Virus record (IMG/VR): IMGVR_UViG_3300037780_000043
Coordinates: 1-36,563 of that record
DNA from: a virus
Taxonomy: Duplodnaviria; Caudoviricetes
Strand: one strand, 5' to 3'
DNA length: 36,563 bases
Of the stretch, positions 17,659 through 25,264 are shown piece after piece. Within the stretch, counting starts at the first letter, position 1. The number at the start of each line of letters is the position of its first letter. The position numbers and the translations under genes were made by a program. The notes below the pieces were generated by a model that was not told the origin of the DNA, ran no database searches, and saw only the letters and a program-made list of their open reading frames with translations.

Positions 17659-17681
17659 TTCTTTACTATCCTTACCTCCGA

Positions 17682-18059
17682 TTAATATTTTCCCAGTGTT
17701 TTTCTACCAGATAAAATATCTCCAATATGTGAATAGCAGTTTTCTGGTTTCTCAAGATTCTTCATTACTGAAGAGTGTTTGCTCACATCAAGATTTAGGT
17801 TTTTACCACCTTCAACTTGATCTTCTAAAATAGCTTTATCTTGTTCGCAAATCTGAATAGCTGTTTCCCTAATCTGATTCAGTAGACTAGCCTGTCTTTC
17901 TTCAATAGAGATAGCGTTAGTAGTTGCTAGCTGGTATGACCCAAATCCAAATGATATGAATGCAACCATTACAGCCATTCCGATGATTGTTTTTAATAAT
18001 GTATCTTTTTTCTCCGATATGTTTTTAACGTCCTTAGACGGTTGAATATTATTATTCAT
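17682..18059 (-). CDS. Membrane-anchored coiled-coil protein ending at a slippery site
   Basis: TM segment IIGMAVMVAFISFGFG; ends CTG GGA AAA TAT TAA. Confidence 0.75.
   Translation of the reverse strand: MNNNIQPSKDVKNISEKKDTLLKTIIGMAVMVAFISFGFGSYQLATTNAISIEERQASLLNQIRETAIQICEQDKAILEDQVEGGKNLNLDVSKHSSVMKNLEKPENCYSHIGDILSGRKTLGKY
17688..17694 (-). other. Candidate -1 ribosomal frameshift heptamer G GGA AAA
   Basis: X XXY YYZ pattern in the correct phase; the -1 frame is open into 17146..17658. Confidence 0.6.
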
Positions 18060-18074
18060 GTTTTAAATTAAATA

Positions 18075-18482
18075 TTAAAAATCAGGGTATAATTCCTCAA
18101 ATGTTTTATATAAATACCCATAACTATTACCCTCCATCTCTGTCTCATCTATAAATTCAGCTGGAAGGTACTTTTTGCCATAACCAAAAGATATTGCTTT
18201 ATTTACAACATCTATGGTATTGTTGGATTCCTTGAGAAGATGTTTTGCTTTCCTCAAGGCAAGTTCGAAATTCATAAAGCCCAAGTGTAGCTTGAGGCTT
18301 TTTTGTTCTGAATCAACGTTTTTAATATGCTGAGTCACTTCAAAACCCCAGAACCAATGCTCAAGATACCAATATCTGTAAATACCTGCTTCTTCTTGCA
18401 CTTTTGCTATCTGAGATTCGTGAATCCAGCCAAGTGGTGTTGATATCCACTCCTCAATTTTTCTTAATTTGCTTATGTCCAC
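18075..18482 (-). CDS. Hypothetical protein
   Basis: 135 aa, rich in aromatic residues. Confidence 0.7.
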   Translation of the reverse strand: MDISKLRKIEEWISTPLGWIHESQIAKVQEEAGIYRYWYLEHWFWGFEVTQHIKNVDSEQKSLKLHLGFMNFELALRKAKHLLKESNNTIDVVNKAISFGYGKKYLPAEFIDETEMEGNSYGYLYKTFEELYPDF

Positions 18483-18843
18483 GTGATAGATAGTTAATTA
18501 CTTTATCTTTATTACTTTCGCTTATAGAGATCGTAGATCCTCCATCTGGACGCGTTTTAATTACCCCCATTTCCTTAAGAGCTTTCACCTCGTCGGGTAT
18601 GAGATTTAATCCACTTATCTTAGTTATATCCCTAGTATTAGAGTTCTCGTAATAAACTGATTTAATCGCTTTGGTTGATACCAAAGACCCTCGTATCTTA
18701 ATGAATCGTTTGTCTGATAAATCAACTAATACCTGATTTAAAAAAGCATCCTTGTCACCTGAGGGCTTGATATAAAACTTATCTCCGTCGTATGTTTCTA
18801 CTACTAGTTTTTCGAATTTTTGTTTTATCTCATCCTTAGTCAT
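18454..18843 (-). CDS. Hypothetical protein downstream of the initiator
   Basis: Likely start MTKDEIKQK at 18843, overlapping the initiator stop. Confidence 0.65.
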   Translation of the reverse strand: MTKDEIKQKFEKLVVETYDGDKFYIKPSGDKDAFLNQVLVDLSDKRFIKIRGSLVSTKAIKSVYYENSNTRDITKISGLNLIPDEVKALKEMGVIKTRPDGGSTISISESNKDKVINYLSRGHKQIKKN

Positions 18844-19642
18844 AGATAGCCACATTACTTTCTTGTTGAATTTTGATATTACTCCTATCAACAAAGCCCT
18901 TCATGTTTCTGTGTATGTACCACAGGCTACCCATGTTCTTAGAATGAAATGAATCAGAGGCAAGAGCTTTGAATCTTTTTTGAAACTCTATTCCACCAAT
19001 GTCATTAAAAAGCCCTACTATAGCTCCACCTGCTTTGATTTGAGAATCCTTAGATTCTTTGAAATCTGATAAACCTAATGCTTCCTTAATCAGGATTAGC
19101 ATTTTTTCAACTTCAGGATGAATACCTTTTTCTTTTTTTGCGGAATTTTTTTCTTTTTGGGCAGAATCCAATACAGGAATAACTGCTTGTTTTTTTGTCC
19201 GATCTAATACTTCGTTAGAAGTATTATTATTTATTTGTTTAGTTTTATTTTGTTTAGTTTTATTTTGGTATGACACTGGTGTCACCCCCCGTATGTCATC
19301 GGTGTCACCCCCCGCATGACATTTGGTGTTAGAAGGTGTAATAGATGTCACCCCCTCATCTGTTAGAGATATCGACCTATACGTGCCATCTTTTGATTTT
19401 TCTATGTCTATTGTTAGTAGACCTACGTTTGTTAGTTTCTCAATTCTTCTCTGAATTGTTCTCACTGTGGTTTTCCATTTTTGTGCCAATGCTTTGTTCG
19501 TATAGAAAAATGACCTCTGGTTAAGGGCTGTTGTATTGAAGATTAATCCAAATAAAAGCACCTCATCTACCGTGAGATCATAGTTCTGATAAACATTATG
19601 GTAAAATGGAGTCTCGAACCATCCCTGTATTTTTTCTTCCAT
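18836..19642 (-). CDS. Replication initiator (lambda O-like/replisome organiser, N-terminal wHTH)
   Basis: YTNKALAQKWKTTVRTIQRRIEKLTNVGLL HTH; internal iterons and an AT-rich linker. Confidence 0.8.
   Translation of the reverse strand: MEEKIQGWFETPFYHNVYQNYDLTVDEVLLFGLIFNTTALNQRSFFYTNKALAQKWKTTVRTIQRRIEKLTNVGLLTIDIEKSKDGTYRSISLTDEGVTSITPSNTKCHAGGDTDDIRGVTPVSYQNKTKQNKTKQINNNTSNEVLDRTKKQAVIPVLDSAQKEKNSAKKEKGIHPEVEKMLILIKEALGLSDFKESKDSQIKAGGAIVGLFNDIGGIEFQKRFKALASDSFHSKNMGSLWYIHRNMKGFVDRSNIKIQQESNVAIYD
19225..19356. other. Putative replication origin: iterons plus AT-rich tract
   Basis: GGTGTCACCCCCCG at 19278 and 19301 (23-bp period), TGTCACCCCC at 19346, TGACAC-TG-GTGTCA palindrome, adjacent repeated TTTAGTTTTATTTTG. 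Confidence 0.7.
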
Positions 19643-19651
19643 TAGTTTTTA

Positions 19652-19918
19652 TTAAAGTCCAAATTGGTTTCTTAACTCATCCCTATGGCATTTAAGCTTC
19701 TCTTCCATTTGCTTTTCTGCCTTTGCCTCTAAAGCACTTATGAATAGATATCTAACATCTGATTCCTCATAAACTTGACCGAGTGAATCGTGTAGATCTG
19801 ATATCAATTCAATCAGATTATTCTTTGTTGATTTCCAGTCACTAGAGACTGTCATCTTCGCTTCAAATTGCTCATGTTTTTTCATTTTTGTAATGTTAAT
19901 TTTCTTCGTGATCTGCAT
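19652..19918 (-). CDS. Hypothetical protein
   Basis: 88-aa ORF; start may be the internal MKKHEQ. Confidence 0.65.
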   Translation of the reverse strand: MQITKKINITKMKKHEQFEAKMTVSSDWKSTKNNLIELISDLHDSLGQVYEESDVRYLFISALEAKAEKQMEEKLKCHRDELRNQFGL

Positions 19919-20231
19919 AGACCTTCCTTAACTCTCTATCGATTGTGTTTTGGCTCATAGACGCATGAAACATCACTTCCTCACAAGATTGATTAGGCGA
20001 TGTTCTTTCAAACGTGTCGAGATAAAATCCAAAGCACCAGTTCTTCAATTTAGTTGTAAGATCTGGGTTACGATAAAGTCTTCTAATATACTCTTCTGTC
20101 ACTGGTTCTTTTATACCTTTTGCAAGGTTGTATTTTTCTACAATTCTTTCCATGCAGTAGATAGCCTTGTCTTTTGCTGTCCGAAGGCTCGGCTTTACAC
20201 CTCCGAATATATCAGCCTGTAAAGTTGTCAT
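19896..20231 (-). CDS. Hypothetical protein
   Basis: 111-aa ORF with a TTAAC/A-rich leader. Confidence 0.7.
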   Translation of the reverse strand: MTTLQADIFGGVKPSLRTAKDKAIYCMERIVEKYNLAKGIKEPVTEEYIRRLYRNPDLTTKLKNWCFGFYLDTFERTSPNQSCEEVMFHASMSQNTIDRELRKVYADHEEN

Positions 20232-20245
20232 TTTAATTAAGTTAA

Positions 20246-20270
20246 AGCCCCTCTCACTAACAAGAGGGGT
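20246..20270 (-). terminator. Hairpin/terminator closing the pseudoknot array
   Basis: CCCCTCT..AGAGGGG stem followed by CTTT on the minus strand. Confidence 0.5.
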
Positions 20271-20277
20271 GTTTATT

Positions 20278-20425
20278 CGCGTGTGCGGAGCAGTTTAACC
20301 TCGTACTCAGGAGCACTTTAATACAATCTACAATATGTAGAATGTAGGTAGTTTAGCCTCGTGCCTAGGAGGGTATTAAGCAGGCGTACCAAACCTGAGA
20401 CAGTTTAGCCTCATATCCAGGAGGT
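20278..20425 (-). ncRNA. Three tandem H-type pseudoknot units (STAXI-like architecture)
   Basis: 23-bp repeats at 20291, 20349 and 20401 with covarying second stems, each followed by a hairpin. Confidence 0.7.
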
Positions 20426-20430
20426 GTTGG

Positions 20431-21027
20431 TTAGAACGGTAGGTCGTCGATACTTATCTCATCATCATTATCCTCTAATAGATCTAAGCCTTCATGTTTA
20501 AGAATCTTATTTAAATCTTTTGGAACTTGCTCTAAAACATATTCTTCGATTTTTTGTGATTCCTCAAACTCTTCTAGAACTTCTTTACTTAAAGGTTCTT
20601 TGTTTGGGGATGGCGTTACATTGTATCGAGTATCAATCTCAACACCTGTTTTATTGATAACTAGGTCATAATCAGGTAAAGATTCGTATTCCCAATTTTT
20701 TGTTGTTTTAAGATCTGTAATTTGCTTAAGAACTGATTTAGGCATACTATATTTCTTCAAGAAATCTCCTTCTTCAGTTCGCTCCACAATCTGAACCATT
20801 GCTCTAAACTTTGGCTCAATTCCTCTAAGAACCTTGTGAGGTACGTGACCCTTAGGGTAATTAACAGAAGTTTTAAACTTACCATCTCTATAAAAGTAAC
20901 TATCTACGATAGCTAATCCTCCAATCATTCTAACCGTCACATCGTCATCTTTAGTTTTATCAAATCCTATCCACTCACCTGTTTTTGAGTCCAGTACTCC
21001 AGACTCCATAACTTGATTTAAATCCAT
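20431..21027 (-). CDS. Single-stranded DNA-binding protein (gp32-like)
   Basis: YDLVINKTGVEIDTRYNVTP motif, acidic tail DDEISIDDLPF, next to the exonuclease gene. Confidence 0.75.
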   Translation of the reverse strand: MDLNQVMESGVLDSKTGEWIGFDKTKDDDVTVRMIGGLAIVDSYFYRDGKFKTSVNYPKGHVPHKVLRGIEPKFRAMVQIVERTEEGDFLKKYSMPKSVLKQITDLKTTKNWEYESLPDYDLVINKTGVEIDTRYNVTPSPNKEPLSKEVLEEFEESQKIEEYVLEQVPKDLNKILKHEGLDLLEDNDDEISIDDLPF

Positions 21028-21030
21028 TTT

Positions 21031-21678
21031 TTATTTGGTTAATTTTTTATATTTTTCTAATATTTGTTTTGTTTCTTTTGTCACGTCTTCTAATATTTCT
21101 TTTTGTTTTTCTATTTGCTTATCGATATGTTTTTCAATTGTTTTTCTTTTCACCTGTATGTTGAAAATTCGAAGCTTAGGTATTCGTGGATCGTAGAAGA
21201 TAAAGTTTAAAACTTGTAAATCTTCCATTACCACAAAGTACTGAATGAGTTGCTCTTTGAATTCCTTTGGTACTTTATTTTCTGCAAATGTTTTTACATG
21301 CTTATAAGTCGATAGACATTTAACTTCTACCGCCTCGGTAAACATTCCATTCTCATCAATAATGTAGCCATCAGGTGAAAGAGCTATTCGGTCATCAATA
21401 TCAGATATCATAAAGTTATCTGTGATGATTTTCTTGCCTATTAGCTTCTCAGCTTCTTTGATTGCTTCTGGTTCTAACCTACTACCTCTCTCCAAAGCAC
21501 TCTCCCATTCAATATCTTCAGAATCATCGATCCCAATATTTTCAGCTACCAATTCCCAATATCCTTGTTTCTTGATACCAGTAGGAGAGAATATATCTTT
21601 GATCTTTGATCCAGTTATTTTACCTCTTCGAACTTCAAACCATGCAGGTGTGTTTTGTAATACTGTGATTAATTTCAT
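21031..21678 (-). CDS. YqaJ/lambda-exonuclease family protein
   Basis: QNTPAWFEVRRGKITGS, RGSRLEPEA, LSPDG, VEVKC, QLIQY. Confidence 0.92.
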   Translation of the reverse strand: MKLITVLQNTPAWFEVRRGKITGSKIKDIFSPTGIKKQGYWELVAENIGIDDSEDIEWESALERGSRLEPEAIKEAEKLIGKKIITDNFMISDIDDRIALSPDGYIIDENGMFTEAVEVKCLSTYKHVKTFAENKVPKEFKEQLIQYFVVMEDLQVLNFIFYDPRIPKLRIFNIQVKRKTIEKHIDKQIEKQKEILEDVTKETKQILEKYKKLTK

Positions 21679-21722
21679 TTTTTCTGCTTAAAGATTGGGA
21701 GGTTTCCCTCCCGTGATTGACA

Positions 21723-22010
21723 CTACGCAAACCTCATGTAACAAGCTTTTTCCTCTGTAGATTTCATTTTTGCGTATTGTTTTCGTAACTTAATTTGCTC
21801 AGCTTCCGCCTCTAAGTTTTCGTTTGTCATTTCTTTCTTAGCGAATTGAACTATAAACTTTAGGTTTTTAACTGCTTCTGAGCCAATAGCTCGTTCAAGT
21901 CGAGCATGATCTTTTTCATTTCCATAGAATATCTCATCTATGTAATCCCAAACCCTACCCTTCACCTCTCCCATATCTGGTTCAAATTCTTTGATTATTA
22001 ATTTATCCAT
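21723..22010 (-). CDS. Hypothetical protein
   Basis: 95-aa ORF, first gene after the early intergenic region. Confidence 0.7.
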   Translation of the reverse strand: MDKLIIKEFEPDMGEVKGRVWDYIDEIFYGNEKDHARLERAIGSEAVKNLKFIVQFAKKEMTNENLEAEAEQIKLRKQYAKMKSTEEKACYMRFA

Positions 22011-22396
22011 GGTATCTTAGTTATAAGTTTAAGCCCCATTTCGATGGGGTTGTTTTGTTTTGCACTAAGTCTGGTTGTTTATTTTGATTTAACCTGTACT
22101 ATCATCGTGCAGGTGGGCTTTTAATTCTGAAGGTCTAATTTCGTGAATTTGCACCACCTGTGTTTTTATATGTCTTTTTCATATTACTTTTTAGATGTAG
22201 GTTCATCCTCAGGATATAATAATTTAACGCATAATATGTCTAGAATTATGCCTACAGAGAAACATCTGTAATTGCTTATTTTTTGTTCACCGTGTTTTTA
22301 TTCACGTTCCCCTCAACCGCTCTGTGCAATCGGGTGACTCCTTCGAGCCAATCGGGTGTCCTGTGTTGTCAATGAGCTACACTTGCGTATTAATTG

Positions 22397-22609
22397 TTAC
22401 ACTTTCGCAACTTCTTGAGACAAAAAAAGGTCATCAAGAGATAAATCGTACAATTTCGCAAGTTGAACTAGATGGTCTAAGCAAGGTTTGTTTTTATTAT
22501 TTTCATACCTTAACAAAGACTGGTAACTAAGCCCAAGCTTCTCGACTACATCGTCTCTACTAAGCCTCTTAGCCTGTCTAGCTCCTTTTAGAACTGTTCC
22601 TAATTTCAT
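22397..22609 (-). CDS. Cro-like XRE HTH regulator
   Basis: LKGARQAKRLSRDDVVEKLGLSYQSLLRYENNKNKP..LAKLYDLSLDDL; divergent from the repressor. Confidence 0.9.
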   Translation of the reverse strand: MKLGTVLKGARQAKRLSRDDVVEKLGLSYQSLLRYENNKNKPCLDHLVQLAKLYDLSLDDLFLSQEVAKV

Positions 22610-22634
22610 GGTTGCTTGTGTTAGCTACATAAAG

Positions 22635-22663
22635 ATTATTACAAAAGTGCAACAAAAAGTAAA
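22635..22663 (-). promoter_or_regulatory. Putative lytic (cro) promoter
   Basis: TTTACT-17 bp-AATAAT with TG at the extended position; overlaps the inverted repeat AACAAAAAG..CTTTTGTT (possible operator). Confidence 0.5.
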
Positions 22664-22726
22664 GCCCTTTTGTTACAATAATGATAAGCCTTTAATATAC
22701 TTTAGTTGTAGCGGTTTGTGTCACTA

Positions 22727-22754
22727 TTGATACATTAACGTAAACGTGTATATT
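22727..22754 (+). promoter_or_regulatory. Putative repressor promoter
   Basis: TTGATA-16 bp-TATATT upstream of the repressor gene. Confidence 0.4.
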
Positions 22755-22794
22755 TGCTTTACGTCAAGAATATGTGTAACCTGCCACACTTCAT

Positions 22795-23475
22795 ATGAAC
22801 CTCATGATAGATAAGCTTAAATCTCTTATAGAACAGAGTGGGGAAACTCAAACGGATATAGCAAAAAAAATGGGAGTGACCCATGCATCTTTGAATCATC
22901 TGTTAACAGGTAGAAGGAAATTAAGTGACGACAAATTTTATGACATATTAGTTAAAGCTTTTAACTACACTCATCAAGAAGCAGTTGAACAAATTGCTAA
23001 ATGGAGAATGGAGACGTTAGCTGAAGAAGCTGGTATAAAAATCCCAGATGGTGCCATCCCTATGGCTGATAATTATGAATACGTCCCTTTGGTTTCTGAA
23101 GTTTCTTGTGGTGAAGGTATGGAGATAGAAGCAATAATGAACAACAAAGAGCACGAAGCTTTAGTTCCCGTACCAAAAGAATATATTAAAGACTTAGATA
23201 AGACATTCGCATTTACAGCTAAAGGAAACTCTATGTCTAATGAAATCCAAGATGGTGATACTGTCGTAATTCAGCAAACTAAGAGCTATACCCCAGGAAA
23301 AGTTTATTTATACAAACTAGGTGAGGATTTTGGTTTAGCTCGGCTTAAACGCGAACCTGATGGCAATGTGACCATACAAAAAGCTAACCCCCAATACCCA
23401 CCTGTTCAAGTTGGCGGGAATGACATTGAGGTTTGTGGAGTGGTGCAAGTAGTTTTGAATTTAAGGGTTTATTGA
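22795..23475 (+). CDS. cI: CI-like repressor (HTH plus S24 peptidase)
   Basis: N-terminal HTH; VSCGEG cleavage-site region; KGNSMS catalytic Ser motif. The position expected for the catalytic Lys reads LARLK. Confidence 0.9.
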   Translation: MNLMIDKLKSLIEQSGETQTDIAKKMGVTHASLNHLLTGRRKLSDDKFYDILVKAFNYTHQEAVEQIAKWRMETLAEEAGIKIPDGAIPMADNYEYVPLVSEVSCGEGMEIEAIMNNKEHEALVPVPKEYIKDLDKTFAFTAKGNSMSNEIQDGDTVVIQQTKSYTPGKVYLYKLGEDFGLARLKREPDGNVTIQKANPQYPPVQVGGNDIEVCGVVQVVLNLRVY

Positions 23476-24086
23476 TGAATACTGTTGAAGTTATAATTGG
23501 TTCGATTGGTATAGCAACATCCATACTTGTCCCTATGATTGTTTTTCTTCTTAAAAAATCTGTAGACCAAGCTGAAGAAAAAGCCAAAGGTGAGAAATTT
23601 ACCATTGGGGTGAAGTGTCGGATTGAAGAAGGTACTCTTAAGTACTCCTGTATGCACTTTGCTGATTTTTTCCCTGAGTCGTTTAGAAGCCAACAGTCTG
23701 TATACTCTAGTATAAGAGATTATGAAGTGAGCGACAAATACTACAATTTTGGCAAGCAGGTTCTTTATATTCGCAATGGGTGGTGCTTTTATGAGATACC
23801 TATTAATCCTATCGAATGGATAAAAGACGGTGAGTATCAAATAAAGATTAGTGCATTCAAGGCTATTTCACCTATTAAATACTACAAAGAAATCGAAAAA
23901 AAAGACAAGCTTAGTATTTTTATTATTCTTAAGATCATAAAAACCCAACTTATCTATTTGTTTTATGGTAGTTTGATTTATTTAGTTGCTACTAGCTCAA
24001 TGACAATTTTAGAAGAGCCAGAATTAAAAGCACCTGAACAACAATCTCAAGAACAAGGGCGGCAAATTGAAGATCAAATTTATTAA
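23475..24086 (+). CDS. Membrane protein co-transcribed with the repressor (lysogeny accessory)
   Basis: ATG at 23475 overlaps the cI stop (TGATG); N- and C-terminal TM segments. Confidence 0.7.
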   Translation: MNTVEVIIGSIGIATSILVPMIVFLLKKSVDQAEEKAKGEKFTIGVKCRIEEGTLKYSCMHFADFFPESFRSQQSVYSSIRDYEVSDKYYNFGKQVLYIRNGWCFYEIPINPIEWIKDGEYQIKISAFKAISPIKYYKEIEKKDKLSIFIILKIIKTQLIYLFYGSLIYLVATSSMTILEEPELKAPEQQSQEQGRQIEDQIY

Positions 24087-24215
24087 TTTTCATGTTTTGG
24101 ATTAAACACAATTCATTATATCAAACCATTAAAACTTATCCACTCCCCAGAGTTTATTCAGTAGATTCTGGGAAGTGTATAAATACACTTTTTGGCTTTA
24201 CTTAGCTCGATACTT

Positions 24216-24267
24216 CGCTACACTGATAATGTAGAGGTCGGAAGTTCAAATCTTCCATCGCCCACCA
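24216..24267 (+). mobile_element. attP core: 3' portion of tRNA-Ile(GAT)
   Basis: Anticodon arm CTACA-CTGATAA-TGTAG, variable AGGTC, T-arm GGAAG-TTCAAAT-CTTCC, ATCGCCC-A-CCA. No matching 5' acceptor strand; 64 bp upstream of the integrase. Confidence 0.9.
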
Positions 24268-24289
24268 TTTAGAGCAAAACAAAAGATTT

Positions 24290-24330
24290 AGAGTTTAGTT
24301 TTGGCCACCACACCAATTAAACTCTTTTTT
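24290..24330 (+). terminator. Intrinsic terminator-like hairpin after the tRNA fragment
   Basis: AGAGTTTAGTT..AATTAAACTCT followed by a T-run. Confidence 0.55.
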
Positions 24331-24331
24331 C

Positions 24332-25117
24332 ATGTCTAACCTTAAAAAATACATCCTATACAAGAAATCCTGCCTACAAAGCCCCGAAACGATTAAGACA
24401 GACAAATACATCTTAGAGCCATATGACCATCTTACCCCCGAAGAAGCGGTCGAAAAATTTATTAATTGGTCTCAAACAGTCGAAATAATTACAGCCTACA
24501 ACGCCCTCAAACGGCTTAAAACATATTACAGATGGTTATACAAAAACAAATACTACAACAAAGATTACTCCGAGTTATTTCCAAAAATCAAACAACCTAA
24601 GCTCAAGCCTAAGTGCCTTACCAGAGATCAGAGTAACATTCTCCTCCAGTGTTCAGCTCGTTACTCAATCAAGGCTCAAGCAATATTCTCCATGTTTCTT
24701 TTTACTGGAATGCGTAAGTCCGAGTTACTAAATTTGCATCAAGAACATGTAGATTTACGAGCTAGGGAAATTTTCATTCACAAATCCAAAGGAAATAAAG
24801 ACAGATTGATTCCGATCAACGAGTCACTCTATTTTGTGTTGCGACAATGGAATAAGAGGCGAAAAAAAGACCTAAGTTACTTCTCTATATCAGAAAGAAC
24901 GCTACGTCGCTTAAAGGATAAAATAACACTAGATACGGGGTTTAGGTTTACCTTCCATCAATTAAGGCACACTTTTGGGACTTATATGGTACAAAACGGC
25001 GTAGATCTTATAAGTGTAAGAGATATCATGGGGCATTCATCGGTAAGGACTACTGAATTGTATCTTTCGTCATCTTCTGAACACCTGAAAAGTGAGATTG
25101 ATAAATTGGAGTTCTGA
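24332..25117 (+). CDS. int: Tyrosine integrase (short, XerC/D-like)
   Basis: TGMRKSEL (R), KSKGNKDR (K), HQLRHTF (HxxR), MGHSS (H), TTELY (Y). Confidence 0.95.
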   Translation: MSNLKKYILYKKSCLQSPETIKTDKYILEPYDHLTPEEAVEKFINWSQTVEIITAYNALKRLKTYYRWLYKNKYYNKDYSELFPKIKQPKLKPKCLTRDQSNILLQCSARYSIKAQAIFSMFLFTGMRKSELLNLHQEHVDLRAREIFIHKSKGNKDRLIPINESLYFVLRQWNKRRKKDLSYFSISERTLRRLKDKITLDTGFRFTFHQLRHTFGTYMVQNGVDLISVRDIMGHSSVRTTELYLSSSSEHLKSEIDKLEF

Positions 25118-25125
25118 AATATTAA

Positions 25126-25207
25126 AGAGGGGGCTAACAGGATTCGAACTCCTGTCCACCTTATCATCTTTACGGTTTGACATACGATTGTCATTCTTTA
25201 GCCCTCT
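25126..25207 (-). ncRNA. tRNA-like cloverleaf element (non-canonical; strand uncertain)
   Basis: Closing stem GGGCTA/TAGCCC and three arms, the last ACAGGA-GTTCGAA-TCCTGT. Confidence 0.5.
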
Positions 25208-25264
25208 AATAAATTACCATGTCGCACCCACCACGTGTTGTCGTTTACCAGATCAGCCTTAAAA

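Noticed and set aside
20291-20423. Mini CRISPR array
   Set aside because: The repeats are degenerate in a way that preserves pairing with flanking sequence, the spacers are self-complementary and unequal (35 and 29 bp), and there are no cas genes. A structured-RNA repeat explains it better.
365-22222. Plus-strand ORFs overlapping the minus-strand genes (for example 1250..1564, 3093..3512, 4158..4499, 17450..17833)
   Set aside because: They are antisense shadows of well-supported genes, with no recognisable motifs.
24093-24206. 37-codon plus-strand ORF before attP
   Set aside because: It overlaps strong hairpins that look like the terminator of the repressor operon, and the peptide has no recognisable features.
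24190-24267. Complete functional tRNA-Ile gene
   Set aside because: There is no 5' strand complementary to ATCGCCC and no proper D-arm; only the 3' part is present, as expected for attP.
25129-25149. tmRNA 5' end (GGGGCTAACAGGATTCGAAC)
   Set aside because: The likeness comes from a T-loop-type palindrome; there is no room for a tag reading frame and no matching tmRNA 3' end.
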